Shown here piece after piece: positions 1 to 8,230 of a stretch of DNA of 64,000 bases (its first letter is position 1; each line of letters opens with the position of its first letter). The notes below the pieces were generated by a model. That model made no database searches. It was not told the origin of the DNA and saw only the letters and a program-made list of their open reading frames with translations. The position numbers and the translations under genes are program-made. This DNA comes from Prolixibacteraceae bacterium (GTDB lineage: Bacteria > Bacteroidota > Bacteroidia > Bacteroidales > Prolixibacteraceae), in NCBI GenBank assembly GCA_019459525.1, contig JAIBEY010000050.1:5588-69587 (forward strand), written 5' to 3'.

Positions 1-2
1 TT

Positions 3-371
3 CCCGCCATTAAAAATGCCGACGATCTTTCACTCGAAGGTCTTTCCGGACAGATGCAGTCCATCGCCGGACAATGCCGCAAAGGCAATGTGAGTCCGGA
101 GTTATTGGCTCCTGAAGCTGCAACTTTCACCATTTCCAACTTGGGAAATTACGGTGTTGAAATGTTTACGCCGGTCATCAACATCCCGCAAACCGCTATT
201 CTCGGCGTTTGTACCATTGTTCCACGTCCGAAAGATTTGGGAGACGGCGTTTACGGGTTCGTTCCAATGATGGGTTTGTCACTGACCTACGATCATCAAG
301 CTCTCGATGGCGGCGAAGCAACGTTGTTCCTGAGAGAGATCAAAGAACAAATCGAAAACCTGACGATTTAA
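3..371 (+). CDS. 2-oxoacid dehydrogenase E2 (dihydrolipoamide acyltransferase), C-terminal catalytic part; 5'-truncated by the window edge
   Basis: Frame is open from base 3. TFTISNLG, FTPVINIPQTAILGV and LSLTYDHQALDG match the E2 catalytic domain. It precedes lpdA. Confidence 0.93.
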   Translation, partial: PAIKNADDLSLEGLSGQMQSIAGQCRKGNVSPELLAPEAATFTISNLGNYGVEMFTPVINIPQTAILGVCTIVPRPKDLGDGVYGFVPMMGLSLTYDHQALDGGEATLFLREIKEQIENLTI

Positions 372-374
372 ATA

Positions 375-405
375 GTTCCAAGTTTCAGGTTTCAAGTTCC
401 AAGTT
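375..405 (+). repeat. Heptamer tandem array (GTTCCAA/GTTTCAG/GTTTCAA/GTTCCAA), forward copy 1
   Basis: Four 7-bp units read directly after the E2 stop codon. Confidence 0.9.
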
Positions 406-581
406 GCCCTGATTCGCGATTGTTCTTGCCCTGAAGGGGCAACATATCAATAACCCGGGGTAAACGACGAAGGAGTGCAGCCCCGGGAACGAAAGGCAAA
501 GAAAAATCGTCCGCGAGAAAATGCTGAAAGAAGTGATATTCTATTTTCGGACGAAACGGAACAAACGATATTAAAAACGAT

Positions 582-609
582 GTAGAGACGCGATTAATCG
601 CGTCTCTAC
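582..609. repeat. 28-bp perfect palindrome, REP-like (GTAGAGACGCGATTAATCGCGTCTCTAC)
   Basis: Perfect inverted repeat starting with GTAG. A near-identical copy lies at 23127-23154. Confidence 0.85.
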
Positions 610-628
610 CCAAATTCAATAAAATACA

Positions 629-1987
629 ATGAGCAAAATATACGATTTAGCAATTATAGGTGGTGGCCCTGCTGGGTATGTCGCCGCAGAACGTGCGGGA
701 GCCAAAGGTCTGAGCGTGTTGATTTTCGACATGCGTTCGCTGGGCGGTGTTTGCCTGAATGAAGGTTGCATTCCGACCAAAACGCTTCTCAATTCGGCCA
801 AAGTGCTCGAATATGCTGAGGAAGCCGGCAAATACGGAATCAACGTGGAAAATATTTCCGTCGATTTCAAAAAGATCATGCTTCGCAAAGACAAGGTGGT
901 TCGCAAGCTGGTGGCCGGAATCGGTGCCAAAATGAAACATGCCAAAGCCGATGTGGTGATGGCCAAAGCAACCATTAAAGAAAAACGTGGCGAAGTAATT
1001 ACCATCGAAGCCGACGGTCAGGAATATCAGGCCAACCGCTTGTTGGTTTGCTCCGGATCGGAAGCTGCTGTTCCACCCATTCCGGGACTGGATGTATCAC
1101 AGATTCTGACCAACCGCGAAATTCTTCAGTTAAAAGAAAAGCCTGAAAGCCTTGTCATCATTGGCGGCGGTGTAATCGGAACTGAATTTGCCGATTTCTT
1201 CAACGCCATGGGCACCAAGGTAACCGTCATCGAAATGCTTCCGGAGATTTTAACCGGAGTAGATGAAGAAATTGCTGCTTTTGTGCGCAAAGAATTTGTA
1301 AAAAAGGGTGTGGAATTTCACCTGAAAGCGCGTGTGACCAAACTCAATGGCAAAGAAGTGGTATTCGAAAAAGACGGTCAGGAAATGAAAATTACCGGAG
1401 AACAGGTGCTGCTTTCTGTTGGACGAAAAGTCAATGTGGCCGGAATTGGTCTGGAAAATATTGGTGTTGAATTTACGCCAAAAGGAGTAAAAATCGATCA
1501 GAATTGCCGTACCAACGTGCCGAATGTTTATGCTGCGGGCGACATCACCGGATTCTCATTGCTGGCTCACACCGCTAGTCGCGAAGGCGAAGTGGCCGTG
1601 AATCACATGCTGGGTCGGAAAGATGTGATGCGCTACGATGCTATTCCGGGAGTAGTTTATACTCATCCGGAGATTGCCGGAGTCGGTTTAACTGAAACTC
1701 AGGCCAAAGAAAAAGGCATTGAAGTGGAAGTAAAACAACTGCCAATGGCTTATGCCGGACGGTTTGTTGCTGAAAATGAAGGCAAAGACGGTTTCTGCAA
1801 AGTGATTGTCGGCAAAAAATACCGCGAAATTCTCGGAATCCATATGGTTGGCGGAGCCTGTTCCGAAATGATCTGGGGCGCCTGTGCCATCATCGAAGCG
1901 CAACTGCGCATTCAGGATGTGGAAGAAATCGTTTTCCCGCATCCAACCGTGAGTGAGATCATCAAGGAAACGATATTTCTCTTTTAG
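629..1987 (+). CDS. lpdA: Dihydrolipoyl dehydrogenase (E3)
   Basis: GGGPAGY FAD motif, GGVCLNEGCIPTK redox disulfide, GGGVIG NAD motif, HPTVSE C-terminal motif. Confidence 0.97.
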   Translation: MSKIYDLAIIGGGPAGYVAAERAGAKGLSVLIFDMRSLGGVCLNEGCIPTKTLLNSAKVLEYAEEAGKYGINVENISVDFKKIMLRKDKVVRKLVAGIGAKMKHAKADVVMAKATIKEKRGEVITIEADGQEYQANRLLVCSGSEAAVPPIPGLDVSQILTNREILQLKEKPESLVIIGGGVIGTEFADFFNAMGTKVTVIEMLPEILTGVDEEIAAFVRKEFVKKGVEFHLKARVTKLNGKEVVFEKDGQEMKITGEQVLLSVGRKVNVAGIGLENIGVEFTPKGVKIDQNCRTNVPNVYAAGDITGFSLLAHTASREGEVAVNHMLGRKDVMRYDAIPGVVYTHPEIAGVGLTETQAKEKGIEVEVKQLPMAYAGRFVAENEGKDGFCKVIVGKKYREILGIHMVGGACSEMIWGACAIIEAQLRIQDVEEIVFPHPTVSEIIKETIFLF

Positions 1988-2014
1988 TTCCAAGTTTCAA
2001 ATTCCAAGTTCCAA
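1987..2014 (+). repeat. Heptamer tandem array (GTTCCAA/GTTTCAA/ATTCCAA/GTTCCAA), forward copy 2
   Basis: Four 7-bp units starting at the lpdA stop codon. Confidence 0.9.
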
Positions 2015-2061
2015 GTGGAGCTTTGAATGAAGGTTTAGCTTATCCAATAAAATTTACAGAT

Positions 2062-2451
2062 ATGTCGAAAGTTGAACGGTTTGAAGATTTAAAGATTTGG
2101 CAGTTGGCTAGGGAGCTTTGTCTGATTATTCATAAACTAACGATCAAAGATCAATTTTCAAGGGATTTTAAGCTTGTGGGGCAGATCAATGGCTCTTCAG
2201 GTTCGATCATGGACAATATTGCAGAAGGTTTTGAACGTGATGGTAATAAAGAGTTTATCCAATTCCTAACATTCTCAAAAGGTTCGTGCGGAGAGACTCG
2301 CTCACAGCTTTATCGGGCATTGGACTATCAGTATATCACGCAGGAGGAATTTGATGCAGCTTACAAAATGACACTGGAAGAGAGTAAAATGCTAAAAAGT
2401 TTTATCCAATACCTGAAAGATTCTGAACTAAAAGGCAATAGATTTAAATAG
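2062..2451 (+). CDS. Four helix bundle protein (23S rRNA IVS-protein / Avd-like family)
   Basis: RFEDLKIWQLARELC...FSRDFKLVGQINGSSGSIMDNIAEGFER...FIQFLTFSKGSCGETRSQL is the family signature. ATG at 2062 is preferred over TTG at 2023. Confidence 0.93.
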   Translation: MSKVERFEDLKIWQLARELCLIIHKLTIKDQFSRDFKLVGQINGSSGSIMDNIAEGFERDGNKEFIQFLTFSKGSCGETRSQLYRALDYQYITQEEFDAAYKMTLEESKMLKSFIQYLKDSELKGNRFK

Positions 2452-2470
2452 AAGACCTTCGCAGCCAGAC

Positions 2471-2498
2471 TTGGAACCTGAAATTTGGAACTTGAAAC
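2471..2498 (-). repeat. Heptamer array, inverted copy 1 (TTGGAAC/CTGAAAT/TTGGAAC/TTGAAAC)
   Basis: Reverse complement of the arrays at 375 and 1987. Confidence 0.9.
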
Positions 2499-2561
2499 TT
2501 TTAAAAATAACTGAATAATAAATAGTCAATAATCAATATCCAAAACCTCCGCACACGAGAC

Positions 2562-2589
2562 TTGGAACCTGAAATTTGAAACTTGGAAT
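2562..2589 (-). repeat. Heptamer array, inverted copy 2 (TTGGAAC/CTGAAAT/TTGAAAC/TTGGAAT)
   Basis: Reverse complement of the arrays at 375 and 1987. Confidence 0.9.
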
Positions 2590-2648
2590 CTGCTCATAAA
2601 AGAGAAACCCATATTAACAACGAAAAACAAATTTAAAATCTAAATACG

Positions 2649-5117
2649 ATGCCAAAAAGTCAATTTATTGATCCATCAGAAGTCAGGAAAGCTGGTGAAA
2701 TTACATTCAATCCGATTCCTGTAAACCAGTACAACAAAACTGTTGAAGAAGAAAAAGCGAACTTCTCGAACGAAGATTTGCTGCGTATTTACCGCGATAT
2801 GGTGGTGATCCGCGAGTTCGAAACCATGCTGAACCTGATCAAAATCCGTGGCGATTACAACGGAATTGCCTACGATCATCCGGGACCAGCTCACTTGTCA
2901 ATCGGACAGGAAGCTGCTGCCGTTGGTATGGCTTACACGCTGGGCGTGGAGGATTTTATCTTCGGATCGCACCGCTCCCACGGCGAAATTCTGGCCAAAG
3001 GTTTATCTGCCATCGCCAAGCTTAACGACGAACAACTGATGCAGGTGATGGAAAGTCATTTCGACGGAATCACCTTCGCCCCGGTTAAAAACGGACATTC
3101 AGGAACAGTAAAAGAACTGGCCGTAAAATTCCTGATTTACGGAACGCTGGCCGAAATTTTTGCGCGAGAAACCGGCTTCAACAAAGGATTGGGCGGTTCG
3201 ATGCACGCTTTCTTTACGCCATTTGGTGTATATCCGAACAATGCCATCGTGGGTGGTTCGGGCGACATAGCTGTGGGTGCTGCGCTCTACAAAAAAGTAA
3301 ACCGCAAACCGGGAATCGTGGTAGCCAACATTGGCGACGCTTCGATGGCCTGCGGTCCGGTTTGGGAAGGTCTGGCTTTTGCAACCATGGATCAGTTCAA
3401 CGAATTGTGGGAAGGCGATATGAAAGGCGGACTTCCGTTGATCATCAACATCATGAACAACCAATACGGCATGGGCGGACAAACCTGTGGCGAAACAATG
3501 GGCTATAACATTGCTGCGCGTATCGGTGCTGGCGTGAATGCCGATCAGCTTCATGCCGAACGTGTTGACGGGTACAATACGCTCGCCGTTATTGACGCCT
3601 ACAAACGCAAACTCAAAATTCTGGAAGAAAAACGCGGACCGGTTTTATTGGACGTTTTAACTTACCGTTACAGCGGGCACTCGCCTTCGGATGCATCGTC
3701 GTACCGCTCGAAAGAAGAAGTGGAAGCCTGGGAAGCTCAGGATTCGATTGCCTGGTTTGGCCGCGAACTGGTGAAAGCCGGTGTGGCAACCGAAGATCAG
3801 TTGACCGGAATCAAAGGCGACACCATCAGCCTGATGGAATCGAGCATGAAACTGGCTATCGACCTGGAAATCTCTCCACGCATGGACATGGCGAAATATC
3901 CGAATCTGATTGGCGAAATGATGTTCTCGAACGAGTCGGTTGACAAAATGGAAGACCGCACTCCGGACGTGAATCACCCGATGGCCGAAAACCCACGTGT
4001 ACAGCAATTGGCTAAAAAAGAACGTTTTGCTTTTGACGAAAATGGCAAAGCGCACTCCAAAATAAAAACGTACGCATACCGCGACGGTATTTTCGAGGCC
4101 ATCGTCGATCGTTTCTACAAAGATCCTACTCTGATTGCTTACGGAGAAGAAAACCGCGACTGGGGCGGCGCGTTTGCCGTGTATCGCGGTCTGACCGAAG
4201 CGTTACCTTATCACCGTTTGTTCAACTCACCGATTTCGGAAGCTTCGATCGTTGGAACTGCCATTGGTTACGCCATGTGTGGCGGCCGTGTGATTCCTGA
4301 AATCATGTATTGCGACTTCCTCGGACGTTGCGGCGACCAGGTGTTCAACCAGCTTCCCAAATGGCAGGCCATGAGTGGAAACGTGATCAAAATGCCGGTG
4401 GTGTTGCGCGTTTCGGTAGGTTCGAAATACGGCGCACAACACTCACAAGACTGGACCGCTTTAACTGCCCAGATTCCGGGACTGAAAGTTGTTTTCCCTG
4501 CAACTCCATATGATGCCAAAGGTTTGATGAATGCCGCTTTGCAGGGAACCGATCCGGTGATTTTCTTCGAAAGCCAGCGTTTGTACGACATGGGTGAAAT
4601 GTTCCACAAAGGTGGTGTTCCTGAAGGTTATTACGAAATTGCCATTGGCGAGCCGGATATCAAACGCGAGGGAAAAGATGTAACCATCCTGACCATTGGT
4701 GCCACGTTGTACCGTGCGCTGGAAGCTGCTGACATTCTTCAGGAAAAATACGGCATGTCGGCTGAAGTGATCGATGCCCGCAGTTTGAGTCCGTTTAACT
4801 ACGAACCCGTTTTGGCTTCCATCAAAAAGACCGGTCGTATCGTGATTTCGGGCGATGCTTCATCGCGTGGTTCGTTCATGAAAGAAATGGCGCAAACCAT
4901 TTCCGAACTGGCTTTCGACGACCTGGACGCTCCACCGGTAGTGGTTGGCTCGCGCAACTGGATCACTCCGGCTTACGAACTCGAAAACTCCTTCTTCCCA
5001 TGTGCTGAATGGATGATCGACGCCATCCACGAAAAGATTGTTCCGCTGAAAGGCCATGTGGTGAAAAACAATTTCACCAGCGCAGAGCAGATCAGAAGGA
5101 ATAAATTGGGAGTATAA
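2649..5117 (+). CDS. 2-oxoacid/acetoin-type dehydrogenase E1, fused alpha+beta subunits (TPP-dependent)
   Basis: Alpha motifs HLSIGQEA, GSHRSHG, GDAS...NN and TYRYSGHS. Beta motifs GEENRDWGGAF, NSPISEASIVG, EIMYCDF, GAQHSQ and DPVIFFE. Confidence 0.92.
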   Translation: MPKSQFIDPSEVRKAGEITFNPIPVNQYNKTVEEEKANFSNEDLLRIYRDMVVIREFETMLNLIKIRGDYNGIAYDHPGPAHLSIGQEAAAVGMAYTLGVEDFIFGSHRSHGEILAKGLSAIAKLNDEQLMQVMESHFDGITFAPVKNGHSGTVKELAVKFLIYGTLAEIFARETGFNKGLGGSMHAFFTPFGVYPNNAIVGGSGDIAVGAALYKKVNRKPGIVVANIGDASMACGPVWEGLAFATMDQFNELWEGDMKGGLPLIINIMNNQYGMGGQTCGETMGYNIAARIGAGVNADQLHAERVDGYNTLAVIDAYKRKLKILEEKRGPVLLDVLTYRYSGHSPSDASSYRSKEEVEAWEAQDSIAWFGRELVKAGVATEDQLTGIKGDTISLMESSMKLAIDLEISPRMDMAKYPNLIGEMMFSNESVDKMEDRTPDVNHPMAENPRVQQLAKKERFAFDENGKAHSKIKTYAYRDGIFEAIVDRFYKDPTLIAYGEENRDWGGAFAVYRGLTEALPYHRLFNSPISEASIVGTAIGYAMCGGRVIPEIMYCDFLGRCGDQVFNQLPKWQAMSGNVIKMPVVLRVSVGSKYGAQHSQDWTALTAQIPGLKVVFPATPYDAKGLMNAALQGTDPVIFFESQRLYDMGEMFHKGGVPEGYYEIAIGEPDIKREGKDVTILTIGATLYRALEAADILQEKYGMSAEVIDARSLSPFNYEPVLASIKKTGRIVISGDASSRGSFMKEMAQTISELAFDDLDAPPVVVGSRNWITPAYELENSFFPCAEWMIDAIHEKIVPLKGHVVKNNFTSAEQIRRNKLGV

Positions 5118-5132
5118 TTCTTGATAAATGCA

Positions 5133-5165
5133 ACTGACGGGGTGATCTGGAGTCACCCCGTCAGT
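5133..5165. terminator. 13-bp-stem hairpin after the E1 gene
   Basis: ACTGACGGGGTGA / TCACCCCGTCAGT, with no clear U-tract. A second GU-containing hairpin lies at 5191-5229. Confidence 0.55.
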
Positions 5166-5234
5166 ACGATAAAATAAGTGTATAAATGAAACGAGCCCTC
5201 GTTGTCCGGAAAGGATGGCGGGGGCTTGTGGCGT

Positions 5235-5504
5235 TTAGTAAACCTCTTTGTGATTTCCAATGTCAACAAAAACTGCCTTCTTGGGCTTGTCGTCAGTGAA
5301 ATAAAAGATTACTCTTAAATCGTAATCAACTGAAAAGCTCCAAAGGTCTTTCAATTTTCCAGTAAGCTTGTGCGTTTTTAGTTGAGGTGCAAATGGTTCG
5401 CTGATAAATAGTTCGAGTCTGATCCAAAATTCCGACTCCAACTCAGTCATTTTGACCCGCTTTTTGAAAGCCTTTTTGAACGAATCACTAAATGCAACTT
5501 CCAT
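5235..5504 (-). CDS. Type II toxin, RelE/YafQ (mRNA interferase) family
   Basis: 89 aa with FKKAFKK...LKTHKLTGKLKDLWSFSVDYDLRVIFYF...DIGNHKEVY. Its start overlaps the upstream stop (TAATG). Confidence 0.88.
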   Translation of the reverse strand: MEVAFSDSFKKAFKKRVKMTELESEFWIRLELFISEPFAPQLKTHKLTGKLKDLWSFSVDYDLRVIFYFTDDKPKKAVFVDIGNHKEVY

Positions 5505-5719
5505 TACAGCATGTTCTTAAGTTCGGAAATATTGGATGAGAAACTTAGTTTGCCGGATTTGTGTTCTTCCTTTGCTTTTTTTGCATTATTGGCGATTTCT
5601 TTCCTTCTGCTATCTGCAATATTGTGCTCCAAAAGGTTTTTAAGCTCTAATTTATCTTCAAGTGGCATCCCGTAAATCTGATCCACCAGTTCGTTGAATT
5701 GTATGGTTTGTGTTTTCAT
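5504..5719 (-). CDS. Putative cognate antitoxin
   Basis: 71 aa, translationally coupled upstream of the toxin. The C-terminus ...GKLSFSSNISEL resembles antitoxin tails. Confidence 0.72.
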   Translation of the reverse strand: MKTQTIQFNELVDQIYGMPLEDKLELKNLLEHNIADSRRKEIANNAKKAKEEHKSGKLSFSSNISELKNML

Positions 5720-5967
5720 GTGTGAATAATTTGTTTTTATTGGTCACATGGAATAGTCGTGATTTGAAACGATATTCTCATTTTCGATTAGCATTTGCTA
5801 AACCATGGCTACTTCATATTGCTGTTATTTTTTTCTGATTCACGAAGATAGTTATTTTTCTTCTGGGCAGAGAGATATGATCTCGCTTTCAAAGCGACTA
5901 ATTCGTAGAAGCGCCCAAACAATCAAAATTTTCTTCCGCAAATTGTAGAAGAAAATTTTTGATTGAT

Positions 5968-6172
5968 TTGGAGGTTCTGCAATTTGCAGAGGGTTCCCCT
6001 GACTCCGATTGGAGCTTCTGCAATTTGAGGATGGTTCTTCTTACTCCGATTGGAGCTTCTGCATTTTGTGGATGGTTCCCGTGACTAAGGTTGGAGCTTC
6101 TACAATTTGTAGAGGGTTGCGCTGACTCCGATTGGAGGTTCTACAATTTGTAGAAGGATTCAGACAATCAGC
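5968..6172. repeat. 41-bp tandem repeat, 5 copies (a degenerate sixth lies just upstream)
   Basis: TTGGAG starts at 5968, 6009, 6050, 6091 and 6132. Internal palindrome TTCTRCAA-T-TTGYAGA. Confidence 0.92.
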
Positions 6173-6296
6173 GGTGAGTTTCTCAATTTATTCATCTGGT
6201 TGCCCGGCATGCTAAGTAATGAAAACTATCAAATGTCGTATTTCAGTTTTGACACTGTATCCCGGGAAGCGGGATACCTAAAATTTATTCTACCAC

Positions 6297-6585
6297 ACCT
6301 GCCCGACACAGCTACCGTGTGTACACAAATCTATCACCTTTTGCTTTATGACAATTTATAGAAGGTTCATATTTTTAAAACCTTATTTTTTCAGAAAAAC
6401 CTTAGTAGCACGGTAACCACCATCCTGTTTGAACCTTATTTTGTGTTAAAACAGGACATATTAATAAGGTTTATGTTTTGGGTTTGCATGTTTTGTACTG
6501 AGGTTGCCCAATAAAAATAAGGTTTTATCAATAGACATGTTGTCGAAAAAGATGTGGCTACACGGTAGCCGACACAGGCGGGGAT
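6297..6585. repeat. Long imperfect palindrome (MITE-like or structured RNA)
   Basis: Nested inverted pairs: 6311-6320/6560-6569, 6377-6390/6513-6526 and 6398-6407/6496-6505. Confidence 0.7.
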
Positions 6586-6767
6586 TATAACGATTTACAC
6601 CGATTATAACATAAGGTAGCTTTTGAATCTGTGTTTATCTGTGTAATCTGTGGTGCTAACTATTACTTATTGAAGCTGCGAGGTTGTATAACAAGTATTT
6701 TTGACTCAGAAAAAAAACACGACATTATTTCATTCCAATTACTTATTCAGCAAAACAGCTCGAAATA

Positions 6768-8165
6768 TTATCCCATTTTGTACCATGGTTCCGGTAATTC
6801 CGGCAGATTCATCCGGATTCGCCATTCCTTCGGAAAGTAATTGTTGGCGCGGTTTCCGAGGTTTTTCACAAAGCCAAGTGGTACGCCCTGGTATTGAACC
6901 AGCAACCAGCCTTTGGTTGATGAATCAATTCGGATTTCATCCTTTTTCTGGAAAAGAAGCGCATCGCACAAATTGAGTTCAACCGATTCAAAAATGGCGG
7001 GATTGCGATCAACGGAAAGAGCAAAAGTATGTTCGGGCAACAAATCATTCTTTTTGAATTGCGCTACCGGCAGGCCAAAACTAATCACGCGCAATTGTTC
7101 AGAAAGTACATTCAATACCGGAATTTTATCTTCTGGAAAAGCAACCAGGAATTCACTTTTGGCAAAGAATTCCGAATTTTCAGTAGTCAGCCAATTACGG
7201 ACTTCGGCAAACTGTTTCGGCATTTTCTCCAACCTCGATTTGATCTTTTTAGGTATTGAATACGAGTCGCTGCCGTCTTTTTTGCGGATCAAAGTCAGGA
7301 AAAAACCTTCGCCTTTAACCCGATGCGGAAGAAACCGGTAACCAAATAAACCATCTCGCTCAATTTCTTCAACGCCCCAATTTTCGGGAATCGGAATTCG
7401 GATGCTTTCCACTTCATTGTTTTCGGCCAGCCATTTCAGGTTTTCCTCATTTTCGGCTGGATTAAACGTACAGGTACTGTAAATCAGGTAGCCACCGTTT
7501 TTCAGTGATGGCCAAATATCCGCCAGAATGCGGCGCTGGCGCGTTGAACAAAGGTTCGTATTATCGACCGACCATTGCTGAATGGCCGAAGCATCGCGCC
7601 TGAAAAGTCCCTCGCCCGAACATGGCGCATCAACCAAAATGACATCGAATAAGCCTTCCATCGCCGTAAAATCAGCCGGATCGTTGCTGCAAACCACCAC
7701 GTTTTGGTGTCCCCATTTGCGGATATTTTCGTCTAGGACCGACACGCGCGAGCGGATTACCTCATTCGAAACGAGTAAGTCGCTGCTTTCAAGCAAACTC
7801 AATAAATGTGTCGATTTTCCGCCAGGCGCTGCGCACAAATCCAGAACAATCCGGTTGCTGTTGTGTTCCATTTGTCGGAAAGCCTGTTCCACAAACATCG
7901 AACTGGCTTCCTGAACGTAATAGGCGCCAGAATGAAAAATGGGGTCGAGTGTAAACGACGGACGCTCATTCAGGAAAATACCGGTTTCGCACCACGGAAT
8001 TCGTTCTGCAGGATTTGGCAAACGGAACTTACGTGGATTGATTCGCAGGCTAATAGCAGGAACCTGATCGATGGATTGCACAAAACGATCAAAATCGGCT
8101 GGAAACTGAGTTTTGATTCGGTCTAAAAAGGCAACTGGTAATATTTCGGAAGTCTTTTCGATGAT
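6768..8165 (-). CDS. rsmF: RsmF/NOL1/NOP2/Sun family rRNA cytosine-C5 methyltransferase
   Basis: YYVQEASSM, VLDLCAAPGGKSTHL, ILVDAPCSGEG and YSTCTFNPAENE, plus the C-terminal FVKNLGNRANNYFPKEWRI. The start is uncertain (no ATG/GTG/TTG near the conserved N-terminus). Confidence 0.88.
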   Translation of the reverse strand: MIEKTSEILPVAFLDRIKTQFPADFDRFVQSIDQVPAISLRINPRKFRLPNPAERIPWCETGIFLNERPSFTLDPIFHSGAYYVQEASSMFVEQAFRQMEHNSNRIVLDLCAAPGGKSTHLLSLLESSDLLVSNEVIRSRVSVLDENIRKWGHQNVVVCSNDPADFTAMEGLFDVILVDAPCSGEGLFRRDASAIQQWSVDNTNLCSTRQRRILADIWPSLKNGGYLIYSTCTFNPAENEENLKWLAENNEVESIRIPIPENWGVEEIERDGLFGYRFLPHRVKGEGFFLTLIRKKDGSDSYSIPKKIKSRLEKMPKQFAEVRNWLTTENSEFFAKSEFLVAFPEDKIPVLNVLSEQLRVISFGLPVAQFKKNDLLPEHTFALSVDRNPAIFESVELNLCDALLFQKKDEIRIDSSTKGWLLVQYQGVPLGFVKNLGNRANNYFPKEWRIRMNLPELPEPWYKMG

Positions 8166-8230
8166 TTTTTGAGTTTTCTTTTGATATTTGCCGGCAAGAT
8201 AAACGGATTGAGAATAAAAAACAAATCGAT

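Noticed and set aside
2062-2451. Diversity-generating retroelement (Avd homology)
   Set aside because: No reverse transcriptase and no TR/VR pair with adenine-specific differences was seen.
5968-6172. CRISPR array (the dyad TTCTAC...GTAGA recalls a Cas12a repeat stem)
   Set aside because: The whole 41-bp unit is conserved with scattered substitutions. There are no unique spacers and no cas genes in the window.
6631-6976. Short ORFs 6631-6840 (+) and 6701-6976 (+)
   Set aside because: They overlap the rsmF 3' end or repeat DNA and have no family features.
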